Virus record (IMG/VR): IMGVR_UViG_3300028840_004790
Reading direction: 5' to 3' (one strand)
Length of the DNA: 47,121 nt
DNA from: a virus
Of the stretch, positions 1 through 10,513 are shown in pieces. The number at the start of each line of letters is the position of its first letter. Positions within the stretch are counted from its first letter, which is position 1. Under the pieces are notes generated by a model. That model did no database searches. It worked only from the letters and a program-made list of their open reading frames with translations, and had not been told where the DNA came from. The position numbers and the translations under genes were made by a program.

Positions 1-144
1 CGGTGCCGGTGCCGACACGATGTCGCTCAAGACCATGGAAACGGGACTCACCGGACTTCACACACGGGTTGCGGGCCGCGGCGGGTCCACGGAAGTAGGG
101 AAATGGGCCTGGCGTTATGGGTTCCCAGACTATGTGGCAACCTA
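1..144. repeat. Terminal direct repeat, left copy; exact duplicate of 46978-47121 (circular-closure or terminal-redundancy overlap)
   Basis: Bases 1-144 (cggtgccggtgccgacacgatg...tatgtggcaaccta) match the last 144 bases of the window base for base, so unique length is 46,977 bp. Confidence 0.97.
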
Positions 145-292
145 CACGGGCATCGGTGTGACCAATGCTAACACCCAGTACTTCCCCGCACAGAACGCTA
201 CCCAAGGTGTCCGGAACCGAGGACTGGCATTGCGACAAACCGGCCCGATCATTCTATACTGGGCCTTTGGTGGAGCCATGGCAACGCAATGA
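1..292 (+). CDS. 3' portion of a wrap-around tail-module protein (same gene as 46544-47121; 241 aa once the repeat is collapsed)
   Basis: The frame opened by ATG 46544 has no stop before the window end. Through the repeat (46997 = 20) it continues in frame to TGA 290-292. ORF-track entry 20-292 is an internal Met. Confidence 0.75.
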   Translation, partial: GAGADTMSLKTMETGLTGLHTRVAGRGGSTEVGKWAWRYGFPDYVATYTGIGVTNANTQYFPAQNATQGVRNRGLALRQTGPIILYWAFGGAMATQ

Positions 293-1068
293 ATTTAACT
301 CCTGGCGTAACTATAGAACCTGGCGATACCGTCACGCGTCAGACCTTATGGGACCTGGTCGCCAACGCAATTGGTAGTACCGTCCAAGCCAGTGATCTGT
401 CTGCCACGACCTTGACCCTGGTGTCTGATACGTCCCCACCGGTCGCGGCCCCCGGCAAGATCTGGTACGACAAGAATGATAAAGTGGCCAAGGTGTTTGT
501 GGATGAACTGGACGGGACCGGAGTCTCTGTCTGGACCGCGATCGGGCCCGACCGGTTTGAAATTGCAGCGCTGACGACCGAACCGATTCCGTTCGGAGCG
601 TGCTTATGTTGGGCCGGTGAAGGCCGAAAGGTCAAGCTCTCGGTCGCCCCGGACGTGCTCAAGGACAAGCACTGGACCGACGGCATGTGGGAGCACTGGA
701 AGGTCGTGGGGTTCAATAACAACGGGCTCACGTCGAACCGCGCAACGGCCGAAAGTGGAACCTGGATTGCCATGGCGGTAGACGGTATTGTCTGGACCTG
801 GCATCCGTGCGATTTCGCTGGCCGAAACTCCCTCGGGAGCGGCACCGGGTTCGACTCATTGATCTCCGGCTATACTGGCATCACGTCCCCAACCTCGATA
901 ACTGATGTACGGGGCGGCCTCACCAAGGGCGCGTACTCTTCGGTGGCCACCATCGGAAATGTTGGTCTGACATTTGGTGTATACGACGCCAGTGCCTTTT
1001 ACAATGATTTAATTCATCAACCCTTCTGGGGCGCACGCAGGGGGCGTATCCAGAACGCAGTACAATAA
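289..1068 (+). CDS. Tail fibre/virion protein, function unknown
   Basis: 259-aa ORF with ATGA start/stop overlap to the upstream gene; N-terminus MNLTPG resembles MNITPG of the upstream gene; lies in the tail module. Confidence 0.7.
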   Translation: MNLTPGVTIEPGDTVTRQTLWDLVANAIGSTVQASDLSATTLTLVSDTSPPVAAPGKIWYDKNDKVAKVFVDELDGTGVSVWTAIGPDRFEIAALTTEPIPFGACLCWAGEGRKVKLSVAPDVLKDKHWTDGMWEHWKVVGFNNNGLTSNRATAESGTWIAMAVDGIVWTWHPCDFAGRNSLGSGTGFDSLISGYTGITSPTSITDVRGGLTKGAYSSVATIGNVGLTFGVYDASAFYNDLIHQPFWGARRGRIQNAVQ

Positions 1069-1078
1069 CGGAGGAGAA

Positions 1079-1933
1079 ATGGTGTTTGGACCTTTAACCG
1101 GCGGTGCCCTTGGCAGCGTAGTAGGGGGAATCGCGGGCCTGGTTGGGGGGTTTGCCCGAGACCGGGAAGCCCGTCGAATTCGTAACCAGGTCCGGGAAGG
1201 GATCGCGGCCGGCGAGCGCGACACCGGGCGGCAACTGGCACTGACCCTCTCCAGCCCCGAGTTTCGTGCCGGTACCAACTTCTTGCGGGGTTTCTACGGC
1301 GGGCCCGAGCTGTCCGGGCAGGAGATCCAACAGCAACTGGCGGGCGCGATCGGGCCGGTCGCTTTCCGACAGACCGGTGAAGGGGTGGAAGCGGTCGACC
1401 CGTACACACAGCGGTTCCTGGAGGAACGGTTGGACACCCCGGCCGGCGGGGATGCCATGGCGGCCTCGTCCTTCGACCCACTGACGCAGAACTTCGCTAA
1501 AAGCCTGCGACAGGCCCAGGCGTCCCGGGGACTGTTTCAGTCCCAGGTCGGATCGGCCGCCGAGGCATCGGGACTGGCCGCGTTCCGGACCCAGCTACAA
1601 ATGCAAATGCTACCGCAGCTGTTCGAGCTCGCGTCCGCGCCCGTGACATACGCGCAGAGATTCGAGCCGCACAACCTACAAAAGGGCGTGTTCCGGTCCA
1701 CCGGCGGAGCCGTGGCTTACGGTCAACCCACGCCCCTGGCAGTAGGCGGAAGTCCGTGGACCTCGGCCCTGGGCGGATTATTGTCCGGTGGTCTACAAGG
1801 CGCCGGACTTGGCATCCAGGCCCAGGCAAACCAGCCCCAAGCGGTACAGCCGATGGAAGACCCCATGTATAGGCCGCAATCACCGCCGCCTGGCTATGGT
1901 AGTGCTAACCTCATGAATGCGGGGTATTTCTAA
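1079..1933 (+). CDS. Putative internal virion protein, paralog A
   Basis: RBS GGAGGAG upstream; Gly-rich hydrophobic N-terminus GGALGSVVGGIAGLVGG; block 'SRGLFQSQVGSAAEASGLAAFRTQLQMQMLPQL' is shared with the next gene. Confidence 0.75.
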   Translation: MVFGPLTGGALGSVVGGIAGLVGGFARDREARRIRNQVREGIAAGERDTGRQLALTLSSPEFRAGTNFLRGFYGGPELSGQEIQQQLAGAIGPVAFRQTGEGVEAVDPYTQRFLEERLDTPAGGDAMAASSFDPLTQNFAKSLRQAQASRGLFQSQVGSAAEASGLAAFRTQLQMQMLPQLFELASAPVTYAQRFEPHNLQKGVFRSTGGAVAYGQPTPLAVGGSPWTSALGGLLSGGLQGAGLGIQAQANQPQAVQPMEDPMYRPQSPPPGYGSANLMNAGYF

Positions 1934-2667
1934 TGGTCATGCCCCGAAAACAGTTCTTTTCTCCGGGCCAATTGGCACAAGGTGTCATCGGAGATGTGGT
2001 GGGCCAAAGATTGGACGAACAAACCACGTTACGTTCCAGAAGTCTCATGGCCGGAAACCTTGGCCTACCACATTACTCGTCCTTTATCCGCGGCACGTTT
2101 GGAATTGGCCCCGCCACACCAGAAGAAATCGGACAAAAATATGCCGCCCGGTTCGGGATGCGGTACCAGCCCCAGTACGAACGGATCGCCCGTGGAAACC
2201 AACAGATCCAGAATCCATTAACCGGTACGTACCAGGCCGGCGAACGGCGCCTCAATGCGCTGGAAAAGGGGCAGGTTTTTGGACAACAAATGCTGCCCGG
2301 CCAGACCCGGATGGTCAGTGGAAAACTCACAGAGCAGTCCCGCAACAAACTACAGGAAATACAGCGCCTGGTCAGTGCCGGGGCCCAGGCATTTGAAGGC
2401 ATGGAGGGTCCGATCACGACCGCGATTCAACAGTATGGCCAAGACATACAAAAGGCCCAGGGTGGGCGCGGAATCTTCGGGCAGGCCTCCGCGGTTGCGG
2501 GGGCGGCCGGCCAGGCTGGTTTCCAAACGCAATTTCAGAACCAACTTCTCCCGTCACTCCGAGAGGCGGCAGGAAGTATCAATGCGTTCCAGCGACTTCA
2601 ACGAGCGCGGGCCAAAACCACCGGGCCCCGACGGGTTCAATTCGGGTTCGGACGCTTTGCAGGATAA
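1933..2667 (+). CDS. Putative internal virion protein, paralog B
   Basis: TAATG overlap with the upstream gene; block 'GRGIFGQASAVAGAAGQAGFQTQFQNQLLPSL' aligns with paralog A. Confidence 0.75.
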   Translation: MVMPRKQFFSPGQLAQGVIGDVVGQRLDEQTTLRSRSLMAGNLGLPHYSSFIRGTFGIGPATPEEIGQKYAARFGMRYQPQYERIARGNQQIQNPLTGTYQAGERRLNALEKGQVFGQQMLPGQTRMVSGKLTEQSRNKLQEIQRLVSAGAQAFEGMEGPITTAIQQYGQDIQKAQGGRGIFGQASAVAGAAGQAGFQTQFQNQLLPSLREAAGSINAFQRLQRARAKTTGPRRVQFGFGRFAG

Positions 2668-2670
2668 GAC

Positions 2671-3591
2671 ATGGCAGATATTTTTGGGAATCCAGACCTA
2701 GTTCAGATCCTGAGCCAGGGTGTGCAATTTCTCAGCCACACAATGGCCCAGGCCCAACAGGTACAGATGCAGAAGCAGAACATGCTCTTGCGTGAAAAAG
2801 AACAGGCCGATCTGATGAAGGCCCGGGAACAAAGGCTCAAAATGGAGGCCGAGTCTCTGAAGATCCGAGAGGAGCAGCTGGCGTTGTCGCAGCAGGCGGA
2901 ACAACGTCGGGCCGCCGAGGGCCAGGCTGAACAGGCCGTCCGGGAGCGGACCGTAGCCGTTGCGGAGAAGCGCGAGGAACGGTTGGCCAATGAGATCGGG
3001 ATGCCCACCAGTGCAGACATGTTCACGCCCCAGGAGCGGGCCAGTGCCAAGTTCCAGATCGACCGGATCGACCGCACGATTGCTCGGCAGCCGCTCCAGA
3101 CGGTTCAGGATCCGACCATGCAGGGCCTAACACGGAAACAAATCGAAGCCTCCATAAGCGAGACCAAGACGGCCCTGAGCCGGGCCACAACGGCCATGAC
3201 GTCGATGACCCCGGCGGGTCAGTCTTCGATCCAGCGGCTGAACCAGCAGCTCACGAACCTTCGCAGTGCCCGCACCGAGCGGAACCAGCAGTTCTGGCAA
3301 GCCGCTCAGTCGCTCGGCCCACGGATGCAGTCGGCCATCGGCGTGTCGGTCCCGAACCCAGAAGCCACAGTCGCGTCCCCAGACGTGGACCCGAACGAAC
3401 AGATCCAGGCCGCGGTCACCAGCCAGGACCCGAAACAAATGGAGTCCGCAAAGGAGCTCGCGGCCGAAACAGTCATCGGTATGCTCAATAATGGGGTGGC
3501 CCGTGCCAACATCGAAAACTTTCTCAACCAGTTAGGAGCAGAAGCCGCCGCGAGCGTCTGGGCCAAGGTCCAGGCTCGTCAACAGAAATAA
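2671..3591 (+). CDS. Coiled-coil virion protein (Q/E/A/R-rich)
   Basis: 306-aa ORF tightly packed between neighbours, with long heptad-like charged stretches (QKQNMLLREKEQADLMKAREQRLKMEAESLKIREEQL). Confidence 0.7.
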   Translation: MADIFGNPDLVQILSQGVQFLSHTMAQAQQVQMQKQNMLLREKEQADLMKAREQRLKMEAESLKIREEQLALSQQAEQRRAAEGQAEQAVRERTVAVAEKREERLANEIGMPTSADMFTPQERASAKFQIDRIDRTIARQPLQTVQDPTMQGLTRKQIEASISETKTALSRATTAMTSMTPAGQSSIQRLNQQLTNLRSARTERNQQFWQAAQSLGPRMQSAIGVSVPNPEATVASPDVDPNEQIQAAVTSQDPKQMESAKELAAETVIGMLNNGVARANIENFLNQLGAEAAASVWAKVQARQQK

Positions 3592-3597
3592 TGACAC

Positions 3598-6500
3598 ATG
3601 CCCGAAAACACCTTCCGAATCCCAGACCAGGAGTGGGACGCCCTCGTCCCGTCCTCCCCGATCGACAGTGGCCATTTCGTCATCCCGGACGCCGAGTGGA
3701 CCAACCTGACCAGTCCTCGGCTCGGCGGCGTCGAAGCCGAGGCTGAGGACCGGCTCAAAGCCCTACCCGTTGCTCCCCAAGACCTGACCATACCTGTCCA
3801 GCGCCTGGCCTCCGGTGCCATGGAAGGCGGCCACGAGGCTGTCGTGACCTACGCGAACCGGCTCGCGGCCGCGGGGTTCCCAGGTGCGCAGCGGCTCGCG
3901 GACTACCCCTACTCCGAGCAGATCCAGAAATCTGCGGTGAATGATTACTACGAATTCATGAACGGGATGGGGATCCTGGATGTGGACGGGCCCGGGGCGG
4001 CCGACGCCAAGCGGCGAATACGGAACTCATTCACCGCAATTACTACGGTAAAAAACCAGCCCCTGTTCGGCACGGACCGGGCCAAGATGGCCGGTGCGGT
4101 GGTCCGCAACCTCACCAAAGAGCGCGTGAGTCGGATCCTGGAAGAGGACGGCCCGATCGAGTCCAAGGAGCGGATCGCGGCCCTGGGCCAAATGGTCTCG
4201 CAGTGGTCCGACGACGAGCTCGACGACGTGTACAAGCTGGCCCGGTTCCTGGCGACCGAGACCCCGGTCAATGATTTCGACGCGGCGGTGTTCCGGCGCT
4301 TCACCGGCAACGAAACCCTCCCAGGCAAGACCGTCCTGGACGTGGGCATCAACATCGTCCAGCCCTACGTCACCGCAGCAACGACAAAGATCCCAACCGG
4401 ACAGAAGCTCGGAGTCCTGCAAGAGATCTTTGGCGACAACGCCCCGAGTGCAATCAACGCCGAGTTTGAGAAGCGAAAGGCCCGGTACGTTCTGGGCCAG
4501 CTCAATGTCGAGGTCCGGGAAGACGGCACCATGGGCGCCGGCCAGACCGCGGACGGGTACACGTTCATGCCGCTCGCGCCCAAGGGCGATCTCGATCTCC
4601 TCCTCAAGCTCAAGTCGGACCAGGAACCGATCAAGGAGATCCTGGACCGGTACCCTTCCCAACAGCCCACCTTTCTTGAAATCAAATCCCAGCACGGTGA
4701 GCCCGCGGCCCAGGACTACCTGCGCCAGGTCAACCAGCAAGGTCTCCAGTACATGGCCGAGCAGGTGGCCAAGGGTGTGGCGGTACCCGACGACGAGACC
4801 CTGGTACGGGGCATGACCCCGTTCGAGCGGAAAAAGGCCGGGGTCTGGGCCGATGTCGGGGCCGTCATGGAGCGTATGGGCGACATGTGGAACACAGCCG
4901 TCCGCGGCACCCACGAGCTCGACAAGCGGATTAGCGCGATCCCTCAGGTCCAGGAGCTGATCAAGCTCAATGCCTGGGGCGCCACCGGAAACAAGGACAT
5001 CGCCAACCAGACCAAGACCATCACGGACCTGTTCAAGCTCCTGCCGACCCTTTACATGGAAGGCAAGGGCCTCGGGGACACGTTCACTCCCGAAGCCGTT
5101 CGGAGCTATCAGGAGTTTCTCAACGCCTCCCCGGAAGAGATGAAGGCCCTGATGGACGTGTCGAACGACCCGCTCCGGTTCTACCGCGAGTACCACAGTG
5201 AGTCCTTCAAGCAACTGGACGAAAGTTCCAGGATAATGAATGATATGATCACTGGAAAGCAAGAATTTCGGCCCGGCAAGTTCATGTGGGAACTCGCCTA
5301 TACCGTTATGGGCCAGGTCTGGCACGGGGCCGCCGAGCCCTTTGCCATGATCGCTGACGACCCGGCCCAGCTCCCGGTCTTCCTCGGAACCGGCCTGGCC
5401 GGCGAAAAGATCGCGGCCCGGGGCCGGGCGGCCATGGTGCGTGGTATCGATCAGATCACGTACGGCACCCGGATAAAAAACTCCTTGAACCAGATCTGGA
5501 CCCATGCCCCGGAACAGGCCAAGATCTTCCGGGATGCGATCAAGAAGTCGGTCGCACGGAACCCGGACCTGAGCTCTGCCGCCGCGGTGGCGGAAGAGGT
5601 GGTCAAGCAGGTGAACCGGACCGGGCACATTAAAGACGCGAAGGGTTTCTCCCGGGTACTGCTGGATGCTTGGCCGGACATCAAGAACGAGCTGGGCGCG
5701 GTCGGGCAGGCCATTACCGAGAGTAAGTTCCCGAAAGGCATCACCGAGCGCCTCCGGTTTGCCTGGCAGGCTTTAGGTGGGTCTCCGAAGGGCATCGACA
5801 AGAACCTGGCCATTTCCATCACCCAACAACCGCTCGACGACGCGGCCAACGCGATCCGGTCCATACTCGGCACCGGCCCGGAGGCCGAGGTGATGACGAA
5901 CAAGTACCTGGACTTCGTGTCGAAGCACGAGCGCCGGCCCCGCACTGAAGAGTTGGTGGACATGATGCCGGAGCAGTACGCGACCTTTGCGGGACTGATG
6001 CTGGCCGCCGAACGGGTCCCGCTCCAGAACTCTGTCATATCCCGGGCTGCCGCGGCGGTGTTCGGGTGGCGGGACACCAAGATACTCCAATCCTTGGTGG
6101 ACAGCGCCGACAACGAACTGGCCCGTACAGCCCAGTTCGCGGTCGACGATGTCATGCTCCAGCGCCGGTGGGGCGTGAAACGGCTCCGGAGCCAGGTCCT
6201 TACCAATGTGGCTACCAACCGAAAACGGAACGCGCTGAGAAGTACCGAACTGGCCAAGGCCATTGACGAGGCACACGGACTACCCAAGGACCCAACGGTA
6301 GACACCCGCATCAAACAACAGAAGCTGGAGCTCCAGCGGCTTGAGGCAGAGCAGGACCGGCTCTCCCGGCATTCGTTCCGAGAGAGTTGGGAGGGCCCCT
6401 CTGCCATGGTCTGGGCTGAGCTGGATGACGCAGCCGTGGAACTGATCCTGGACACGCACCCAGAGCTGTTCAGTGGCTTCTCCAAGGAGATCCTCTACGA

Positions 6501-9500
6501 CTACAAAATCTCCAAGACGGGCAAGCCCACGATCGAGACGGCCAAACGTCGGGCCGAAGGGTTTCGGAAACGGATCTTTCAGCTCCAGGAGGAACTCAAC
6601 AATGTGCGAAAGGATCCGATCGGTAACGATCGGGTCGTAGCCGACCTGCATGAGAATCTCGCGGAGATGCAAAAGCAACAGGCTGCATACAAGGCCGCCG
6701 ATGGCCTGGAAGATCCGAAGCTGGCCTCCGACATTACCGTCATGCGCCAGTACCTGGCCAACCGGCTCCGGCACCTCCGGAACCGCGAGGTCCGGGCCAC
6801 CCGCGAGGACGTGATCATGGCCGAGCAGGACGCCGTGATTGCCGACCACCGTCGGGCCCAGGCCCGGTACACGGAACTGGCCAACGGGATCGCCCGGCCC
6901 ACGATCAGTGAAGAGGGCAAGAAGATGTTCCAGGACCTGATCCGACACCGTGGCGCCACCGACGCGATGCGGGACGACCTGACCTGGATGAAACAGCGGC
7001 TCGCCGCGATCGAGGGCGAGCGGTACGCCGGCAGTCGGGGGAACCCGTTCCACCTGAAGTGGCTCCCGGCATGGAAGCGAGGCCAGCATGTGGCGGACAC
7101 GGTCCGGTCGACGATGGCCCGTGAAATGGACGCTGGCGCCCGGATCGAGGAGCTCACGGCCATACTCCGGAAACTCCCGGACGAGCAGAAGCGCCTACTG
7201 TCCCTGGCTCAGCGCCGGCAGGTCTCACCCCGGGACCTGATGAAGCGCCCGATGATTGCCCGGGCATTCAAGCACCTAGCGAACGAGGACCTCGACACGC
7301 TCCAGTTGTTCTTCGAGGAGGAGCAGTTGGGATTCGATCAGCTCATGGACTTCCTCGAGAAGTCTGGGAAGCTGCCCCCGCACGTCTTGAAGTCGTGGCG
7401 GAAGATGGGCTACGATCCGCGACTTGACGTGGCGGACGAGCTCTCGGAACTGATCGTGGAAGAGACCGCCCGAAAGGCCATGGGGCGGGGGCGTGTCCAG
7501 TCTGTCCTACCCACCCAGCCGTTCCTGCACGCCAGGGGCCGGGCCTTCCAGTTCAAGCGACACCACCAGCTCTGGCGGGTACGTGTGAACGAGCCCGACC
7601 TGGTACTGGATGAGACGTTCCTGACCCGGCAGCAGGCCGAGAAGTTCCTGAAGGACCGGTACGGGGACGACATTATTGGGACCCTGGACAAGCACAAGGG
7701 TGGCCTGATCGGCAAGAACCCGTACGGGGACGAGGTCCGCCTGGCCCCGCCCCTCTCCGCAGCGGAGAAGGAGGCGCGTGGGTTCTTCGGCAGTGCCGGT
7801 GAGGAGAGCCTCCGCGGCGAATACGGAACCAAGCGGGCCAAGATGCACACGGCCGCCCGCCGATTGAAGAGGATGTCGGAGGTGTTGAAGGACGTGACGG
7901 CCTCGTCACTGATCGACACCTACAATATGCACGGTGGGTACGTGCTCGACAAGGCCCAGCACGCCCTGCTCCAGCAGAAGTACGGGAACTCGGTCACCTC
8001 CAGGTTCCACTTCGTACCGGAGAACAAGCGGGCGTTTGGGAACATGGCCGGCAAGTACGTCCATAAGCAGATCCTGGCCGAGCTCAACCGGGCGTCGAAA
8101 CTGTACGACAGCCTCAACAGTGTCGTGGCCGGTATGCGCGAGGCCTTCCAGGCCGACGTCCCGGACGCGATCAAGCCGTTCACGCCCGGGGCCGTATACA
8201 AAGCCTTCGACTGGGTCGCCGACGCGGCCCGGAGCTCGCTGATCACCCACTCCATTCGGTCCCACATTGTCAACCCCCTGTTCAACATTATCTCTGACTA
8301 CCTGGCCGGCACCCGGGTGTACTCGTCCGAGAACCTCGACAACCTGCTCTGGGCCGCCAAACAGGCGGGCCCGACCGGCAAGGGCCGGCTCACGCGGGAC
8401 CCGATCTTCCAGGAAGCCCGCCGGAACAACCTTGTCACCGGTCTGTTTGAGACCGAGGACGACGCGCTCCGGAACCTGTCCCTCGACGTGATGGGGATCA
8501 ATAAGCAGAATATCGCCCAGGTGCGGAACCTCATGGGTAAGACCAAGGTGCTGCACGAGAAGTACCGGCAGCTGCTCTTAAAGGGCGAGGACCCGCCCCT
8601 GCTCCTGACGGTGCAGAAGAAGCTCCAGGCCCTGGAGGCGGCACTGGCCGAGCTCGACCAGAGCCGGTTGAAGATCGGCTTCAAGAAATTCGTCGGGCTC
8701 TGGGTCCGTAACCGAGACGCCTTTGGGCGCCCCAGGAACAAGACCGCCCGGTTCATGCGCCGGTGGTACAACTTCTACGACGAGTTCTTCAAGCTGGCCC
8801 AGTACGCGAACCTTCGCCGGCAGGGACTCAGCGAGAACCAGGCCGTCAAGGTCGTGAAGACGTTCAGTCAGAACTACGCAGAGGTCCCGTACTGGCTCCG
8901 GGGGATCCACCCGGCCGTCCGTGGTATGGTCGTGAGCTTCCCTTACGAGCTTATGAGGATCACGGGTAACGCGGCGCGTTATCGGCCACACCGGCTGGTC
9001 GGGCTCTTGGCGACCCTGCCAATGTTCAATATGATGCAGCTGGCCCAGGCCGGCGTGAGCTGGGACCGATGGGACCAGATGCTGGAGGCCCGTGGAAAAC
9101 GGACCCCGACACAGGGCCTGCTCAGCATGATGTCCAGTATGTACCTGATCGACCCAAGGACCAAGAATATTACGTCAGAAGTTGACCTGAGCGGTCTCTT
9201 GCCGTTCGAGGACCTCGTAGCCAATGGGCACGGCATGATCGCTCAGGCCATGGACAACATGATGCCTCCCGAGAAGCGGGACGGGCTCCAGCACGCAGCG
9301 GCCGTCGGCGGGACCATCGCTTCCAACTTTCTTTTCAACCACCCGATCTACAACATCGGCCAGTTCTTCTTGTCCGGGACCGACCCGGTCACGGGCCGGC
9401 CCCTGCTCTCGCCGGGCGCTCCCCTGCTCCAGAAGGTCCAGGAGGGTGTGAAGATCGCCGGCAAGACCTTTATACCTCCGTGGATGCCTGGGGGTCGGGA

Positions 9501-10314
9501 CTTCACGGCATACGAGGAGGCCTGGCACGCCCCGCTCAACCCTCGGACCGGACGCCCGTTCCACTCACAGCAGCCGGCCACGGCCCTGATCCGGGCCGCC
9601 TCGGGTATCGGCCTGAAGGGTCAGGCGGCCGACGACGTTGGAAACCTGATCGGTGTTGGGCGTGGCCGGAAGTCGGTGCTGACCAAAGACGAGGACATTA
9701 TCCTTAACAACCTGTACAAGGTGAGCGGCCTGATGAACCCGGACCGTCCGGACTACCCTATCTACGGCCCCGACCGGGAGGTCCGCGAGCTTTACAACCG
9801 CGCCATCGACAGCTCCTTTTCGCCAGAGGAACGGGCCGAGGCCGAAAAACAACTCGACGAGAAATTGAAGGAGGAGATCACCGAGCGCCAGGGTCGCCTG
9901 GTAGTGAAGCGGACCCGGACCGAACGCGAGGTGGAGATGGAAAAACGCTCCATGGAAGAGAACGGGTGGCAGAACTTCATGGCCAAGCAACCGATCGTAC
10001 AACAGGTCCTGGCCTTCATCCTGAACGAGCAGGCCGGGGTCCACGACCGGCTCCTCCGCGAGCAGTCCAACATCATCAAGTTCACTGAACTGGGCAATGA
10101 CCGTGTCATCAACGACCCGGGCAAGGTCCAGGAAGCAATCGACCACCTCGAGAAGGCCATGGAGCGGCCCACTAACCAGCGGGTGCTGGAACTCCGCAAC
10201 TACCTTAAGGAGGTCGTACTTCCCATGTCCGAGGTGCGCCGCATGTTCGAGCCGTACCGACTTCAGTTACAAGACGCCCGGAAAGAAGCAATAAGGAGAA
10301 AGTTCGATGGTTGA
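3598..10314 (+). CDS. Giant 2,238-aa virion protein, putative internal/ejection protein
   Basis: Single uninterrupted ORF; mostly helical, charged sequence with no catalytic motif I can assign; follows three smaller putative internal proteins, as T7 gp14-16 do; antisense ORFs in this span look like GC-rich shadows. Confidence 0.7.
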   Translation: MPENTFRIPDQEWDALVPSSPIDSGHFVIPDAEWTNLTSPRLGGVEAEAEDRLKALPVAPQDLTIPVQRLASGAMEGGHEAVVTYANRLAAAGFPGAQRLADYPYSEQIQKSAVNDYYEFMNGMGILDVDGPGAADAKRRIRNSFTAITTVKNQPLFGTDRAKMAGAVVRNLTKERVSRILEEDGPIESKERIAALGQMVSQWSDDELDDVYKLARFLATETPVNDFDAAVFRRFTGNETLPGKTVLDVGINIVQPYVTAATTKIPTGQKLGVLQEIFGDNAPSAINAEFEKRKARYVLGQLNVEVREDGTMGAGQTADGYTFMPLAPKGDLDLLLKLKSDQEPIKEILDRYPSQQPTFLEIKSQHGEPAAQDYLRQVNQQGLQYMAEQVAKGVAVPDDETLVRGMTPFERKKAGVWADVGAVMERMGDMWNTAVRGTHELDKRISAIPQVQELIKLNAWGATGNKDIANQTKTITDLFKLLPTLYMEGKGLGDTFTPEAVRSYQEFLNASPEEMKALMDVSNDPLRFYREYHSESFKQLDESSRIMNDMITGKQEFRPGKFMWELAYTVMGQVWHGAAEPFAMIADDPAQLPVFLGTGLAGEKIAARGRAAMVRGIDQITYGTRIKNSLNQIWTHAPEQAKIFRDAIKKSVARNPDLSSAAAVAEEVVKQVNRTGHIKDAKGFSRVLLDAWPDIKNELGAVGQAITESKFPKGITERLRFAWQALGGSPKGIDKNLAISITQQPLDDAANAIRSILGTGPEAEVMTNKYLDFVSKHERRPRTEELVDMMPEQYATFAGLMLAAERVPLQNSVISRAAAAVFGWRDTKILQSLVDSADNELARTAQFAVDDVMLQRRWGVKRLRSQVLTNVATNRKRNALRSTELAKAIDEAHGLPKDPTVDTRIKQQKLELQRLEAEQDRLSRHSFRESWEGPSAMVWAELDDAAVELILDTHPELFSGFSKEILYDYKISKTGKPTIETAKRRAEGFRKRIFQLQEELNNVRKDPIGNDRVVADLHENLAEMQKQQAAYKAADGLEDPKLASDITVMRQYLANRLRHLRNREVRATREDVIMAEQDAVIADHRRAQARYTELANGIARPTISEEGKKMFQDLIRHRGATDAMRDDLTWMKQRLAAIEGERYAGSRGNPFHLKWLPAWKRGQHVADTVRSTMAREMDAGARIEELTAILRKLPDEQKRLLSLAQRRQVSPRDLMKRPMIARAFKHLANEDLDTLQLFFEEEQLGFDQLMDFLEKSGKLPPHVLKSWRKMGYDPRLDVADELSELIVEETARKAMGRGRVQSVLPTQPFLHARGRAFQFKRHHQLWRVRVNEPDLVLDETFLTRQQAEKFLKDRYGDDIIGTLDKHKGGLIGKNPYGDEVRLAPPLSAAEKEARGFFGSAGEESLRGEYGTKRAKMHTAARRLKRMSEVLKDVTASSLIDTYNMHGGYVLDKAQHALLQQKYGNSVTSRFHFVPENKRAFGNMAGKYVHKQILAELNRASKLYDSLNSVVAGMREAFQADVPDAIKPFTPGAVYKAFDWVADAARSSLITHSIRSHIVNPLFNIISDYLAGTRVYSSENLDNLLWAAKQAGPTGKGRLTRDPIFQEARRNNLVTGLFETEDDALRNLSLDVMGINKQNIAQVRNLMGKTKVLHEKYRQLLLKGEDPPLLLTVQKKLQALEAALAELDQSRLKIGFKKFVGLWVRNRDAFGRPRNKTARFMRRWYNFYDEFFKLAQYANLRRQGLSENQAVKVVKTFSQNYAEVPYWLRGIHPAVRGMVVSFPYELMRITGNAARYRPHRLVGLLATLPMFNMMQLAQAGVSWDRWDQMLEARGKRTPTQGLLSMMSSMYLIDPRTKNITSEVDLSGLLPFEDLVANGHGMIAQAMDNMMPPEKRDGLQHAAAVGGTIASNFLFNHPIYNIGQFFLSGTDPVTGRPLLSPGAPLLQKVQEGVKIAGKTFIPPWMPGGRDFTAYEEAWHAPLNPRTGRPFHSQQPATALIRAASGIGLKGQAADDVGNLIGVGRGRKSVLTKDEDIILNNLYKVSGLMNPDRPDYPIYGPDREVRELYNRAIDSSFSPEERAEAEKQLDEKLKEEITERQGRLVVKRTRTEREVEMEKRSMEENGWQNFMAKQPIVQQVLAFILNEQAGVHDRLLREQSNIIKFTELGNDRVINDPGKVQEAIDHLEKAMERPTNQRVLELRNYLKEVVLPMSEVRRMFEPYRLQLQDARKEAIRRKFDG

Positions 10315-10513
10315 GACCGCCGCAACGATCGGGGGGATCATATTCAGTGCCGGAGTTGTGATCGGAACCTTCAGGGCCCGCCTCAAGTCAATCGACACCA
10401 CTCTGAAATCGATCGACAACAAAATGGGCCGGCAAGACACTACCCTGGACGATCACAGCTGTAGGATTTCGGTCCTGGAAGCGGGGTGCCGTGAGCGTCA
10501 CAAAGAGGCCTAA
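10307..10513 (+). CDS. Small membrane protein (one N-terminal TM helix plus coiled coil); holin-like candidate
   Basis: ATG overlaps the stop of the giant gene; 'TAATIGGIIFSAGVVIGTF' hydrophobic helix followed by a charged tail. Confidence 0.5.
   Translation: MVETAATIGGIIFSAGVVIGTFRARLKSIDTTLKSIDNKMGRQDTTLDDHSCRISVLEAGCRERHKEA

Noticed and set aside
4027-5628. 533-aa minus-strand ORF, plus many other long antisense or offset ORFs inside 3598-10314
   Set aside because: G/P/R/H/L-rich low-complexity translations lying antisense to a coherent 2,238-aa ORF. These are typical shadow ORFs of GC-rich DNA, and none has an RBS or coupling geometry.
3598-10314. Virion-packaged RNA polymerase (N4-like or crAss-like) hidden in the giant protein
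   Set aside because: I could not find T7-like motifs A/B/C or a two-barrel DxDGD-type motif by eye, and sigma70-like promoters suggest host-RNAP use. It remains open pending profile or structure searches.
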